Shown one piece after another: positions 1 through 8,885 of a DNA stretch of 23,076 bases. Below the pieces are notes generated by a model that worked only from the letters and a program-made list of their open reading frames with translations, was not told where the DNA came from and searched no databases. The position numbers and the translations under genes are program-made. Position 1 is the first letter of the stretch. Every line of letters starts with the position of its first letter. The stretch is from Promethearchaeota archaeon (lineage in GTDB: Archaea > Asgardarchaeota > Lokiarchaeia > Sigyniarchaeales > SOKP01), in contig JAFGGO010000125.1 of assembly GCA_016930515.1 (NCBI GenBank), positions 1 through 23,076 of the forward strand, given 5' to 3'.

Positions 1-53
1 ATTAATATTATTAAATTCGCGACATTTTAAAATCAAATAAAATTGAGTTTCTT

Positions 54-1340
54 ATGCTATATATTGATGCCGAAAATTCAGGAATATCGGGAGATATATT
101 TCTCGCTGGATTATTGGGTTTAATTTCAAACCCTAACGGTTTGATAGAAGAACTAATTGAATTAAAAAATTATTTATCTGGAATATCGAAACTTGAAATT
201 AAATTAAATAAAATCAAACGCCATGGTCTCCTCGTGAACCAGCTTGAAATCAATTTAAAAGAAAGCAAAAAACACAGATCGGCAAAAATTATAGTAGAAG
301 CTCTTAATAAATTCTTAGAAGATAAAAAATACTCCGAACCCGCGAAATCTTACGCTCGAAATGTTTTAAACTCTTTAATTCAAGCAGAACAAAAAGTTCA
401 TGGGAATTTATCAGATAGTATTCACTTGCATGAATTAAGTTCGGTTGACACTTTAATTGATATCCTGGGAGTTACTAAGGTTTTAAGTCAGTTGGACATA
501 TTTGGAAAAGAAAATATGGTTGCGTGCAGTAGAATTCCATTGGGAAGAGGAACGACAATCGGTGCTCATGGAATATTACCAGTTCCCGCTCCTGCCACGC
601 TAAAAATTCTTGAAAAATCAGGTCTCACGCTTCTTAATGGCCCTGTTGATGCAGAATTAGTCACACCAACCGGGGCAGCTCTCTTAGTAAATTTACATCC
701 TATTACGAATATTAAAGAGATATCTCCAGAAAATATCGTAATGAGTACTGGGCAAAAGGAATTCGACAAATTTCTCAATGTTTTGAGAATAGTTTTAGGA
801 AATAAGCAGGTTTCTGGGAATAAGGATTTAGAGAGCGATTATCTAAGTAATTATGTAAAAAACGTAACAGTTTTAGAAACAGCAATCGACGATGTCTCTG
901 GCGAAATAATCGGTAATCTAGCGAAGGCTCTTGAAAACGAAGAAGTAATGGATTTTCAAATTTTGCCAAGTATTACAAAAAAAAACAGGCCAGGTTATAT
1001 AATAAAAGTATTATGCCATCCTAACCTTAAATATCGAATAATTGAGCTCCTGATTGCTAATTTAGGCACGTTAGGTGTAAGATTTAATACAGTAAAAAGA
1101 ATATGCGTGGAAAGAACAATTCTTAGAGATAAAGTTGAAATTAATTCTAATTTTTACGATATCTCATATAAAATTTCTTATTTTAATACAGATAAAGGGA
1201 AAAAAATCGTGAATATAAAACCCGAATACGAAGATATTCAAAAAATAGCAACGGATACGGGACTTTCGATTGTTGAAATCCAAATTCGAGCCCAATCTCA
1301 ATTATCTGCTCTTTTTAATAAGTTTAAACAAGATAAATAG
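54..1340 (+). CDS. larC: Nickel-pincer nucleotide cofactor biosynthesis protein LarC (nickel insertase), single full-length ORF
   Basis: Motifs SGISGD at the N-terminus, HLHELSSVDTLIDI, AHGILPVPAPAT, ELVTPTGAALL, LETAIDDVSGE, KKNRPG, TLGVR and KPEYED; larB lies nearby. Confidence 0.93.
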   Translation: MLYIDAENSGISGDIFLAGLLGLISNPNGLIEELIELKNYLSGISKLEIKLNKIKRHGLLVNQLEINLKESKKHRSAKIIVEALNKFLEDKKYSEPAKSYARNVLNSLIQAEQKVHGNLSDSIHLHELSSVDTLIDILGVTKVLSQLDIFGKENMVACSRIPLGRGTTIGAHGILPVPAPATLKILEKSGLTLLNGPVDAELVTPTGAALLVNLHPITNIKEISPENIVMSTGQKEFDKFLNVLRIVLGNKQVSGNKDLESDYLSNYVKNVTVLETAIDDVSGEIIGNLAKALENEEVMDFQILPSITKKNRPGYIIKVLCHPNLKYRIIELLIANLGTLGVRFNTVKRICVERTILRDKVEINSNFYDISYKISYFNTDKGKKIVNIKPEYEDIQKIATDTGLSIVEIQIRAQSQLSALFNKFKQDK

Positions 1341-1392
1341 ATTATTAAAAAAATTTGGAAAAAAAAATAATATTATCTTAATAGATAATAAA

Positions 1393-1941
1393 TTAGAACT
1401 TATCTACATGAAATTTATGTAGTATATACTCGTCTTCTACCATTTCTTTTGAAAACTTGTTAAGTCTGGCAATTTCTTTTTTTAATTCTTTTTCTTTTCT
1501 TAGCTTTCCTAATTCGTGGTAGATGCTTGCTGCGTCTGTGAACATTTTAATGCATTCGGAGTAGTTACCGGAAATTTCGAGGTCTTCTGCGAGAAAGACA
1601 AGCCCTTCAGCAACATCTTTTTTGTTTCCCAGGCTTCTCTGGATTTTTAAGGACATTTCGTGGTATTTTAAACTTTCAACATACCGTTTAAAAATCGAGT
1701 GTGTCCTTCCGAGTGATCGAAGTACGAAGGCTTCCTGTTCTTTTAGTGAGTTATCCCTGCAATGCTTGAGTATCTTCTCCAAAAAAGAAATATATTCACG
1801 ATTCCTGCTTTTTTCCTTTATAGGATCGATGTGTATGATTGCTTTTTCGAATTCTTCGAGTGTATTGTTTATATCTCCTTCTTCGAAAAATTGTTTTGAT
1901 TTTTCAAAAAAGTTTTCCATAATCGCGACCATTGGTCTCAA
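1393..1941 (-). CDS. Tetratricopeptide-repeat (TPR) protein; the real start may be the ATG at 1932 or 1920
   Basis: Helical repeats of about 40 aa: EAFVLRSLGRTHSIFKRYVESLKYHEMSLKIQRSLG and VAEGLVFLAEDLEISGNYSECIKMFTDAASIYHELG. Confidence 0.8.
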   Translation of the reverse strand: MRPMVAIMENFFEKSKQFFEEGDINNTLEEFEKAIIHIDPIKEKSRNREYISFLEKILKHCRDNSLKEQEAFVLRSLGRTHSIFKRYVESLKYHEMSLKIQRSLGNKKDVAEGLVFLAEDLEISGNYSECIKMFTDAASIYHELGKLRKEKELKKEIARLNKFSKEMVEDEYILHKFHVDKF

Positions 1942-2040
1942 CTAGGCTTTTTGATAGGTTTTTATTTTTGTGATTTAATAAAATAAGTTCAATAATTATA
2001 ATAATCAAATACCTTTAAATACTTATTGATCGTTAACGTC

Positions 2041-2231
2041 GGTAATAGGTATGGGCGAAAGGGCTAATTTGTGTTAAATAAATGTCCTAGGCTTGTTGGA
2101 GGGATTTCGTCAAATACATATTCATTTTATTAAATGGGTGTTTAACATAAACTAGAGTGATAAAAAATAGTGCTTCACGCGAAGTATTAAGAATTAGAGT
2201 TAAAAAAAAGAAGTATGATATAATCCTTTTC
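2041..2231 (+). ncRNA. Candidate structured non-coding RNA, family unknown
   Basis: Stems that pair only through G-U wobbles on the + strand: 2064-2080 with 2139-2155, 2121-2127 with 2132-2138, and 2168-2176 with 2181-2189. TTTAAATA lies at 2014-2021 upstream. No sizeable ORF. Confidence 0.35.
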
Positions 2232-2259
2232 AAAATATTTATAAGTTATTTATCTTATT

Positions 2260-3333
2260 TTAGATTAGGTTGAGTTTTGAATTAATTTCTTGCGTTTTAT
2301 TAATAATATTTCGTAATTCGTGCAAATCCTCGTCGAACATATTTTTCAGCAAGTATAACTTGAGTTTTTTTATTTTTTCCATCATTAATAAAAATTTAAA
2401 TTGGCAATCGCTATAAAGCTGATTGAGCTTGCCGTAAAGAGTTTTTGCGTGAGTTTGATCGTATTTTTCCAAGTTTATGATTAAATGCTTGAATTCTACT
2501 AAATAAACATATTTATTTAATTCTTTGAGCATCTCTCGACCGAGCTCGTTTAAATGGGCGATATTGTCGACTATTCCCGTTTTTAAAGTTAATTCAAAAT
2601 CTTGTTTGTACTTGCTAAACAATACGCCAAAATAATCCTTAATCTTGTCGTTTATGGCCTCTAAATTAATCTTAGGATTGATAAAAAAAGTAATAGTGTA
2701 TTTATTGTAACTAAAGGTTTGAAGTTTCATGTTAATGCCCGTCATCCTAAGCTCACTAAGTTCTTGCATATTTATGTTTTGGGAAAATTTCTCCAATGCA
2801 CTCACGAACATGGGAATGAGTTCAATATCAAATTCGGGATTTATTTCTTCTGCTTGTCCTTTAATGCATTCTTCTAGTGCTCCCTCGTATAGCTCGAGCG
2901 TAAGAAGCGTTTTTCCTCCCTTGTCAGCAATAAAACATCCTACTAAAGAGGGTTTCTTATCATCTGTGTTAGCAAAAGCGTTATTCTCGCTTTCTAAGGA
3001 TTTTAACAATCCCCCAAGTTCACCATTTGCATCTAAATCTTTTAAAACCACATTAAAATCACGTTTCGCCTTGTCAGATAAACTATAGAGATCTACATCG
3101 TTAACCGTCATTACTTCTAAAAAACCATTCTTTAGTAAGTAATCGAAGGCAGAATTAATTTCTTTTGCTGAGAGCTTGAGTTTAATGGGTAAACCCTTTT
3201 TTGAGACCACGATCTCGTGATTCACGCAATAAAGAACTTTAATGACGCTATCTAATTGAGTTTCTTTTAAAATGCCGGTATTAATTTCGTTAATCAAATG
3301 ATTCAAATCTAATGATTGGCTCTCGTTGGGCAT
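2260..3333 (-). CDS. Hypothetical protein: N-terminal winged-helix-like domain, central longin/roadblock-like domain, C-terminal helical region
   Basis: Start revised to ATG 3333 (MPNESQ), which has GAGG upstream. wHTH-like segment KLSAKEINSAFDYLLKNGFLEV...YSLSDKAK. Longin-like pattern GCFIADKGGKTLL...DIELIPMFVSALEKFSQNINMQELSELRM...KYTITFFI. Confidence 0.6.
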   Translation of the reverse strand: MPNESQSLDLNHLINEINTGILKETQLDSVIKVLYCVNHEIVVSKKGLPIKLKLSAKEINSAFDYLLKNGFLEVMTVNDVDLYSLSDKAKRDFNVVLKDLDANGELGGLLKSLESENNAFANTDDKKPSLVGCFIADKGGKTLLTLELYEGALEECIKGQAEEINPEFDIELIPMFVSALEKFSQNINMQELSELRMTGINMKLQTFSYNKYTITFFINPKINLEAINDKIKDYFGVLFSKYKQDFELTLKTGIVDNIAHLNELGREMLKELNKYVYLVEFKHLIINLEKYDQTHAKTLYGKLNQLYSDCQFKFLLMMEKIKKLKLYLLKNMFDEDLHELRNIINKTQEINSKLNLI

Positions 3334-3446
3334 CTTAACAAACCTCGTCAATATAATTATAAAAGAGGTGTTTAAAAAAGTGTTCAAATTTTTAATGGTT
3401 TGTTACCATAGAACGAATATGGAATTAAAAGGAGTCTCGTTAAAAA

Positions 3447-4226
3447 TTACCTAGCTATTTTGTTAGCAATCAATGCTGCAGAGGCTCCAGCACCAAATCC
3501 GTTGTCAATATTTACAACCAACAATCCGGGAGAACACGATTGAAGCATCGTAATCAACGCACCTTTTCCATTTGCTCCCATGCCATAACCGCTGGAGATA
3601 GGAACTCCAATGACGGGTATATCGACTAATGCCGCAACCACTCCTGGAAGCGTCCCCTCCATTCCAGCACATACAATAATCACATTTACATCTCTTTCGA
3701 CCATTTCCTTAAGAGGATTAAAAATTCGATGCATTCCCGCTATTCCAATGTCGTAGCTGGTGATAACTTCGCACCCCATTACTAATAAGATCTCTTTAGC
3801 TTCTTCGGCAACTGTAATGTCTGAACTACCTGCCGTTATGATTCCTACCAATCCGCCTTTTTTTTGAAATCCAAAACTCTTTTCTTTAATAACGAGTATT
3901 TTCGCCAATTCGTTTATGTGAACATCGTATTTATTATCAATTCTGTATACTTCGAGTAAACGCGATTTTTGGTCTTCTAAATAACGAGATACTATTGCAA
4001 ATTTTTTATTTTTTAAAAAAGAGTCGACAATCTTAGCTAGTATTGAATATTCCTTATTTTGAGCAAGAATTACCTCGGGGACGCCTGTCCTAGTTTTTCG
4101 AAACACATCTAACTTGGCAAGTTCTCCTACTTCCTCGATAAAATTAGCTTTCAGTAATTTACCTGCTTCTTCCACACATAATTCTTTTTTAAGCAATTTT
4201 TCGAGAATATCGTTTACATTGTCCAT
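3447..4226 (-). CDS. larB: Nickel-pincer cofactor biosynthesis protein LarB (NaAD carboxylase/hydrolase, PurE-like)
   Basis: Motifs AKLDVFRKTRTGVPEVI, TAGSSD, AEEA, DIGIAGMHR, AGMEGTLP, PVIGVPISSGYG and MLQSCSPGLLVVNIDNGFGA. Confidence 0.95.
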   Translation of the reverse strand: MDNVNDILEKLLKKELCVEEAGKLLKANFIEEVGELAKLDVFRKTRTGVPEVILAQNKEYSILAKIVDSFLKNKKFAIVSRYLEDQKSRLLEVYRIDNKYDVHINELAKILVIKEKSFGFQKKGGLVGIITAGSSDITVAEEAKEILLVMGCEVITSYDIGIAGMHRIFNPLKEMVERDVNVIIVCAGMEGTLPGVVAALVDIPVIGVPISSGYGMGANGKGALITMLQSCSPGLLVVNIDNGFGAGASAALIANKIAR

Positions 4227-4454
4227 TTTAAACTCATCTTCAAATTAATTCTTTTAGTTTTAATTAATATTTTTTATCACTTGATATTAAACTCAATCAC
4301 GGGATTCAATAATGCATAATGTAAGATGATTTTTAAGTAAGTCCAAGACAATAAAAAACTAACGCAAGGAAATAATAAATAATTATATGGTAAAACAATT
4401 AAAAACTTGAGTTGATTATAGATCGTTATTACAAAAAATAATTATTAGCAAGAA

Positions 4455-5684
4455 GTGAACAATGTGAAAATAGATTACACATCGTATAAAGATGTTGATT
4501 TAAAAGGAAAAAAAGTCCTCATGCGCGTGGACATTAACTCTAATATTGATCTGGAAACAAACACTATCAGGGATTCTCCTCGAATTCGAGCGCTCGTACC
4601 TGCTCTTAACGAGTTAATAAACAGCGCTATTATCATATTAGCCCATCAATCAAGACCTGGTGATCCCGACTTTACTAATTTGGACATTCACGCCAAGGAA
4701 ATTGAAAACCAACTCGGTCGTCCAGTACAATTCGTGGAAGATATATATGGGAAAAAGGCAGTTACCGCTATTAAAAATTTAAAACCTGGAGAAGTGCTTG
4801 TACTCAATAATGTTAGAAAATTCGAAGGAGAAATGAAAAATTACAAGGATTTTGCAGAGGCTGAAAAAACCGATATGATACAGACTCTCTATCCCTTGGT
4901 AGATTATGTTATTGTTGACGCGTTTGGTGCGGCGCATCGAGCTCACGCGTCAATAGTCGGATGGCCTAAAATGATGGCTGGGCCAATTACTGCTCAAGAA
5001 TTATTTGCATTAAAGAAAATAATTGACGAACCCGATAAACCAATGGCCATGATCATTGGGGGCGCAAAAGCAATAGACAAGTTCAAGGCAATGAGATATA
5101 ATTTTGATAACGGAAAACTAGATTACGCTCTGTGTTCTGGACTGACTGCAATCTTAATTATGGAAGCAATGGGCATGAAATCGGGAGAGCCGAATAGAAA
5201 GCTGATTGCCAAGGATTTAGAAGAAAACAAGAATTTAATCGTGGATACCTACCAAAAATATGAGGCCAAAATAGTGCTTCCTGTTGATTTTGCGATTAAC
5301 GATAAAGGATATAGGAAAATAATACCCTTTGTCGAAGCAGAAGAAGCAGCCTCCACGACGGGTGATGTTGGTCCAGAAACAGTCGAAACCTTTAAAAGAA
5401 TCATTATGAAGTGCAGGACTATTGTTGCGAACGGGCCTCCTGGTATTTTCGAAGAGGAAGTCTTTAGGGAGTCCACAAACGAGCTTGTTGAAATAATGGT
5501 AGAGGCCACGCAAAAAAATGGAGCTCTTTCGATCATTGGAGGTGGAGAAATGGGCGCGGCGGCTTCAATGGCTGGTTTAGCTGATAAGGTTTCATTCATC
5601 TCCACCGCTGGTGGAGCAATGCTCGAAATACTTTCGGGAAACGACCTTCCGATGATAAAAGCTCTAAGAGAAAAGAAATATTAA
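4455..5684 (+). CDS. pgk: Phosphoglycerate kinase, archaeal type
   Basis: Motifs KKVLMRVDINS, AHQSRPG, LNNVR, DAFGAAHRAHASIVG, IGGAK, NGPPGIFE, IGGGEM and ISTAGGA. Confidence 0.96.
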   Translation: MNNVKIDYTSYKDVDLKGKKVLMRVDINSNIDLETNTIRDSPRIRALVPALNELINSAIIILAHQSRPGDPDFTNLDIHAKEIENQLGRPVQFVEDIYGKKAVTAIKNLKPGEVLVLNNVRKFEGEMKNYKDFAEAEKTDMIQTLYPLVDYVIVDAFGAAHRAHASIVGWPKMMAGPITAQELFALKKIIDEPDKPMAMIIGGAKAIDKFKAMRYNFDNGKLDYALCSGLTAILIMEAMGMKSGEPNRKLIAKDLEENKNLIVDTYQKYEAKIVLPVDFAINDKGYRKIIPFVEAEEAASTTGDVGPETVETFKRIIMKCRTIVANGPPGIFEEEVFRESTNELVEIMVEATQKNGALSIIGGGEMGAAASMAGLADKVSFISTAGGAMLEILSGNDLPMIKALREKKY

Positions 5685-5832
5685 AATCTAATGACTTATA
5701 ATTTCCATTTTTTTAGTTTAACATTCTTTTTACATACTAGAAATTGAATTGTATATTCGATAATTTAAAAACGAGAGAAAACTTCTTTAAGCTTATAGTC
5801 TTAGTTACAGTATACTTTCTAAAACATTATAA

Positions 5833-5905
5833 GAGCCCATGGTCTAGTGGTTATGACGTCCGCTTGACGTGCGGAAGGTCGGGAGTTCAATCCTCCCTGG
5901 GCTCA
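5833..5905 (+). tRNA. tRNA-Val(GAC), intronless, CCA not encoded
   Basis: Acceptor stem GAGCCCA/TGGGCTC plus discriminator A; D arm GTCT-AGTGGTTA-TGAC; anticodon stem TCCGC/GCGGA with loop TT-GAC-GT (anticodon 5866-5868); T arm GGGAG-TTCAATC-CTCCC. Confidence 0.97.
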
Positions 5906-6113
5906 TATTTTAATCGTTCTTATTTAACATTTCAAATAAATTTATCTCAATTTTCTAAATTCGGATAAATCTTTAAGATTTTTTTAATTAAATGCTATTT
6001 TACGATTACTAATATTCCTAATAGGCCGCTGCATAATGCAAGATTAAGAATAAGAAAATTAAATTACCCGAATGAAATCCTTAATTAATATTTAATCGAT
6101 ATGCACTTTCATT

Positions 6114-6135
6114 CATAATGCTTAAATAACTTTCA
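6114..6135 (+). promoter_or_regulatory. Putative BRE/TATA promoter of module 1 (CATAATGCTTAAATAACTTTCA)
   Basis: TTAAATA TATA-like box about 50 nt upstream of the 6176 CDS; near-identical to the element at 11502-11522. Confidence 0.6.
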
Positions 6136-6175
6136 TTGTTATTTTAACTTAATTTTTTAAAAATAGGAAATTTGA

Positions 6176-6739
6176 TTGAAAATGGAAAAAAAAAAATTAT
6201 ATTCAATAGCCGCAGTCGTAATCGTTGCTGCAATTCTCGTCCCTTCTATAATTGTTGCTGTCGTTCTTTTAACTCCTGCCGCAGTAGATCCCTGTGCTGG
6301 CGAAGAAGATATTTTATTATTTACAGGAAATGGATTAAAAAACAACTATACATATAGTGTGTGTGATTTACAAAAATCCACATACCAACAATATACAAAT
6401 GTAAATTTGAGTTATACAACAAAGGTAGAAACTACATATGCAATAGTCTCTGGAGTATCTCTTTGGGATTTTATAAATAAAAATCATATTTTAAAAACAG
6501 GTATAGATTCCGACACTACAAATGTGACCTTTGCTGCTTCAGGCTACACCATTACTTTGAATCTTACGACGGTTCAAACTTATCCCGCCGACATCATTAT
6601 AGTATATGGTGGAGATGATTTTGATCCTATCGTAGATGGACCTTTAAGATCTGCAGTCTCCAATAATGTTCTTGGTTTGCCTACAAGAACTAGTAAATAT
6701 TGGGTTTCGAACTTAGAAAACATCACCATATCTGTCTAA
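6176..6739 (+). CDS. Membrane-anchored extracytoplasmic protein with a sulfite-oxidase-like molybdopterin-binding domain, lacking the Mo-ligating Cys
   Basis: N-terminal basic patch plus TM helix; SGVSLWDFI, VTFAASGY, IIIVYGG and DGPLRSAV...SKYWVSNLENITI match the Oxidored_molyb pattern; several N-x-S/T sequons. Start TTG 6176 or ATG 6182. Confidence 0.7.
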   Translation: MKMEKKKLYSIAAVVIVAAILVPSIIVAVVLLTPAAVDPCAGEEDILLFTGNGLKNNYTYSVCDLQKSTYQQYTNVNLSYTTKVETTYAIVSGVSLWDFINKNHILKTGIDSDTTNVTFAASGYTITLNLTTVQTYPADIIIVYGGDDFDPIVDGPLRSAVSNNVLGLPTRTSKYWVSNLENITISV

Positions 6740-6750
6740 TTTTAAAAACC

Positions 6751-6762
6751 TTTTTTTTTTTT
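6751..6762 (+). terminator. Oligo-T tract, possible archaeal intrinsic terminator or attenuator inside module 1
   Basis: Run of 12 T beginning 12 nt after the 6739 stop codon. Confidence 0.4.
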
Positions 6763-6787
6763 AATTTTCATTATATATTTTATCACG

Positions 6788-7963
6788 ATGAAACGCAAGG
6801 ATTTAATTATTGGAATAGTATTAGTTGCTGCATCGATATCTGCGGGAATCATCGGTTATGCCGTTGTAGTGCTCTTAACTCAAGATAATACGGAAGATGT
6901 TTTCATACCTGGCTTGCCCGACGATTTTGAAGGTGCTCCTATCGGGGCAAATATAATTATCAGCAATGGTACTGACACTATGACAATATCTTTTGGCGAT
7001 ATCTTAGAGGGTGTAGAGTTATGGATGGAACAAGAAGTCACGGGCTTACAAATAAACGAGGAAAAGGATATCGTGGCATTACATGCTTATGACGATAAAG
7101 AAATTGGAAAAAGAATAACGGGCGTGGATATATTAGATATCCTTGAGATGTCTGGTATGAATTTTGCGTGGAACCTTGTTTTTAGCTCTACAAACGATGG
7201 AGAAACCAAAGCGCTTTCAAGAACAACAGGAAACATAATAGATGACGCAGCAGGGAGCTATCGACCGACTTTTATTGCCTTAGCAATTAATAAGAAATGG
7301 ATAAAGGACACTGCATATGCTGGGGAATGGGGGAACTTCACGGTTGTAGGTCGAAATCTCTCTGAAAAATTGTTTGACCTCCAGCAGATTAATATTATGT
7401 CTGAATGGAATGTAGATATTATCATAAACGGTGTAAAAAGTCCGTTTTCTATAAATACAACAAACATGTGGTATAATGCCGTTTGCCATAATTATTCCTA
7501 TTATCGAAGCGATTATTGGAACTTTAACAGGTCTTATATTGGAAGAACTATAGACGATATAGTAAAAAATGCCACTTATGGGATGGGTTTTACCGATTGG
7601 AATGTTAGTTTTGCCTGTGCCGATGGACTCGTTGATCCAAACCCTCCCTATAATAAATCTGAGATCGAAAACGGAATGGCAAACGATGGTTCTCTCACCA
7701 TACCCCGAAACAACGATGATAAAGTGAATATTACTGGCGGAGGTACTGGCGTTGGACTACCAATAACGAACCAAAAAATGGTATTGGTGTTTCGGTTAAT
7801 GCAATACGTCGAGGGTAACGCTGCTACGAATTCTTGGGATCCTGCTTGGGAGAATTATCATTATTGTGGGTATAGGCATGGGCCTTTTACCATTTATGTT
7901 CCGGGACGGACGAGATCGAACTTTCCAAAATATATCACGCAAATTATAATTGAGGCTTCCTAA
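6788..7963 (+). CDS. Membrane-anchored extracytoplasmic protein with two tandem, diverged sulfite-oxidase-like (molybdopterin-binding) domains
   Basis: N-terminal TM helix. Domain 1: ITGVDILDILE...LVFSSTNDG...IALAINKK...WGNFTVVG...LQQINI. Domain 2: YIGRTIDDIV...VSFACADG...MVLVF...HGPFTIYVPGRTRSNFPKYITQIII. About ten sequons. Confidence 0.6.
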   Translation: MKRKDLIIGIVLVAASISAGIIGYAVVVLLTQDNTEDVFIPGLPDDFEGAPIGANIIISNGTDTMTISFGDILEGVELWMEQEVTGLQINEEKDIVALHAYDDKEIGKRITGVDILDILEMSGMNFAWNLVFSSTNDGETKALSRTTGNIIDDAAGSYRPTFIALAINKKWIKDTAYAGEWGNFTVVGRNLSEKLFDLQQINIMSEWNVDIIINGVKSPFSINTTNMWYNAVCHNYSYYRSDYWNFNRSYIGRTIDDIVKNATYGMGFTDWNVSFACADGLVDPNPPYNKSEIENGMANDGSLTIPRNNDDKVNITGGGTGVGLPITNQKMVLVFRLMQYVEGNAATNSWDPAWENYHYCGYRHGPFTIYVPGRTRSNFPKYITQIIIEAS

Positions 7964-7966
7964 TTC

Positions 7967-8824
7967 ATGGAACTCAAAAAAAAAGCCCCATTTTTTTTTT
8001 TAATTATTTCCTTTTTTTTATTTTCGGGTATTATTACTAAACAAGCTATTGCATATCCCGGTTGGGAAGGAGATTGCGAGGCCCATCACGGAATTGGATC
8101 GGTTATCTCTAATTACGACGCTTCGGCACGGATCGTGCTTGATGGGCAATCTGACGAGAAATTCTGGTTAACCTATTCTAACAACAAGGCGTTCATTCCG
8201 TTGGCAACGGATATAACTAAGTCCGGAGGGTTTAACGTCACGCTCAACCTGACTTTTGTTCACAATAACAATTACTTATATATTTTATGCGAGTGGGAAG
8301 ATAACACTACCGTTCCTGCTGGATTTAATTACGATGGCTTGTTTTTTTGCTGGAACATTGATGTTCCTAATTTTACCGCAGATTTTTTAAGCGATATGAG
8401 CACCGATCACATGGGTAGTGGTAACATCGATTCTTGGAATTGGATCTACGACGATGATTTTGCCCTGGATAAGTGCTTCGGAGAAAAAGGATGGTTCGAT
8501 TCGAGCCTTGAAGCTCAAGACATTGAAGTGGCGTATTCCCTCGTTGAAAACGAATCTTATACCTTAGAAATACGAAGAGCGCTCACGACGGGCGATCAAC
8601 ATGATGTTAAATTCGATAAAACCGGGCTCTACGAGTTCAACCTTGCAATATTAAACGATGGAAGGCACGAAAACCACGCAATTTCGTGGACATACGCGTT
8701 GAACTTAAAGTTGCCTGCAAACGAGTTTCCAGTAGTAGTTGTTATAGTTATTGCGATTGTTAGCATCGCTGGAGTGGTTGTTGTCATTGGTGTGGTTTCT
8801 TATAGGAAAAAAAGAAGAAATTAA
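7967..8824 (+). CDS. Secreted, C-terminally anchored DOMON-like (ethylbenzene dehydrogenase gamma-type) putative heme-binding protein
   Basis: Signal peptide; IVLDGQSDEKFW, YLYILCEWED, M...GNIDSWNW, YTLEIRRALTTGD.HDVKF and FNLAILNDG..ENHAIS fit a DOMON/EB_dh pattern with candidate Met and His ligands; C-terminal TM helix plus RKKRR tail. Confidence 0.7.
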   Translation: MELKKKAPFFFLIISFFLFSGIITKQAIAYPGWEGDCEAHHGIGSVISNYDASARIVLDGQSDEKFWLTYSNNKAFIPLATDITKSGGFNVTLNLTFVHNNNYLYILCEWEDNTTVPAGFNYDGLFFCWNIDVPNFTADFLSDMSTDHMGSGNIDSWNWIYDDDFALDKCFGEKGWFDSSLEAQDIEVAYSLVENESYTLEIRRALTTGDQHDVKFDKTGLYEFNLAILNDGRHENHAISWTYALNLKLPANEFPVVVVIVIAIVSIAGVVVVIGVVSYRKKRRN

Positions 8825-8885
8825 AATAGATTTAAATCTGATATTAATCATATTAAATGATAAATAGAGTTTATTTCAAGACATC

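Noticed and set aside
5833-5905. tRNA-Val as the integration site of a genomic island
   Set aside because: I found no repeat of the tRNA 3' end and no integrase or transposase in the window; an att site outside the window cannot be excluded.
5744-5968. 74-aa ORF
   Set aside because: It overlaps the well-formed tRNA-Val and has no protein features.
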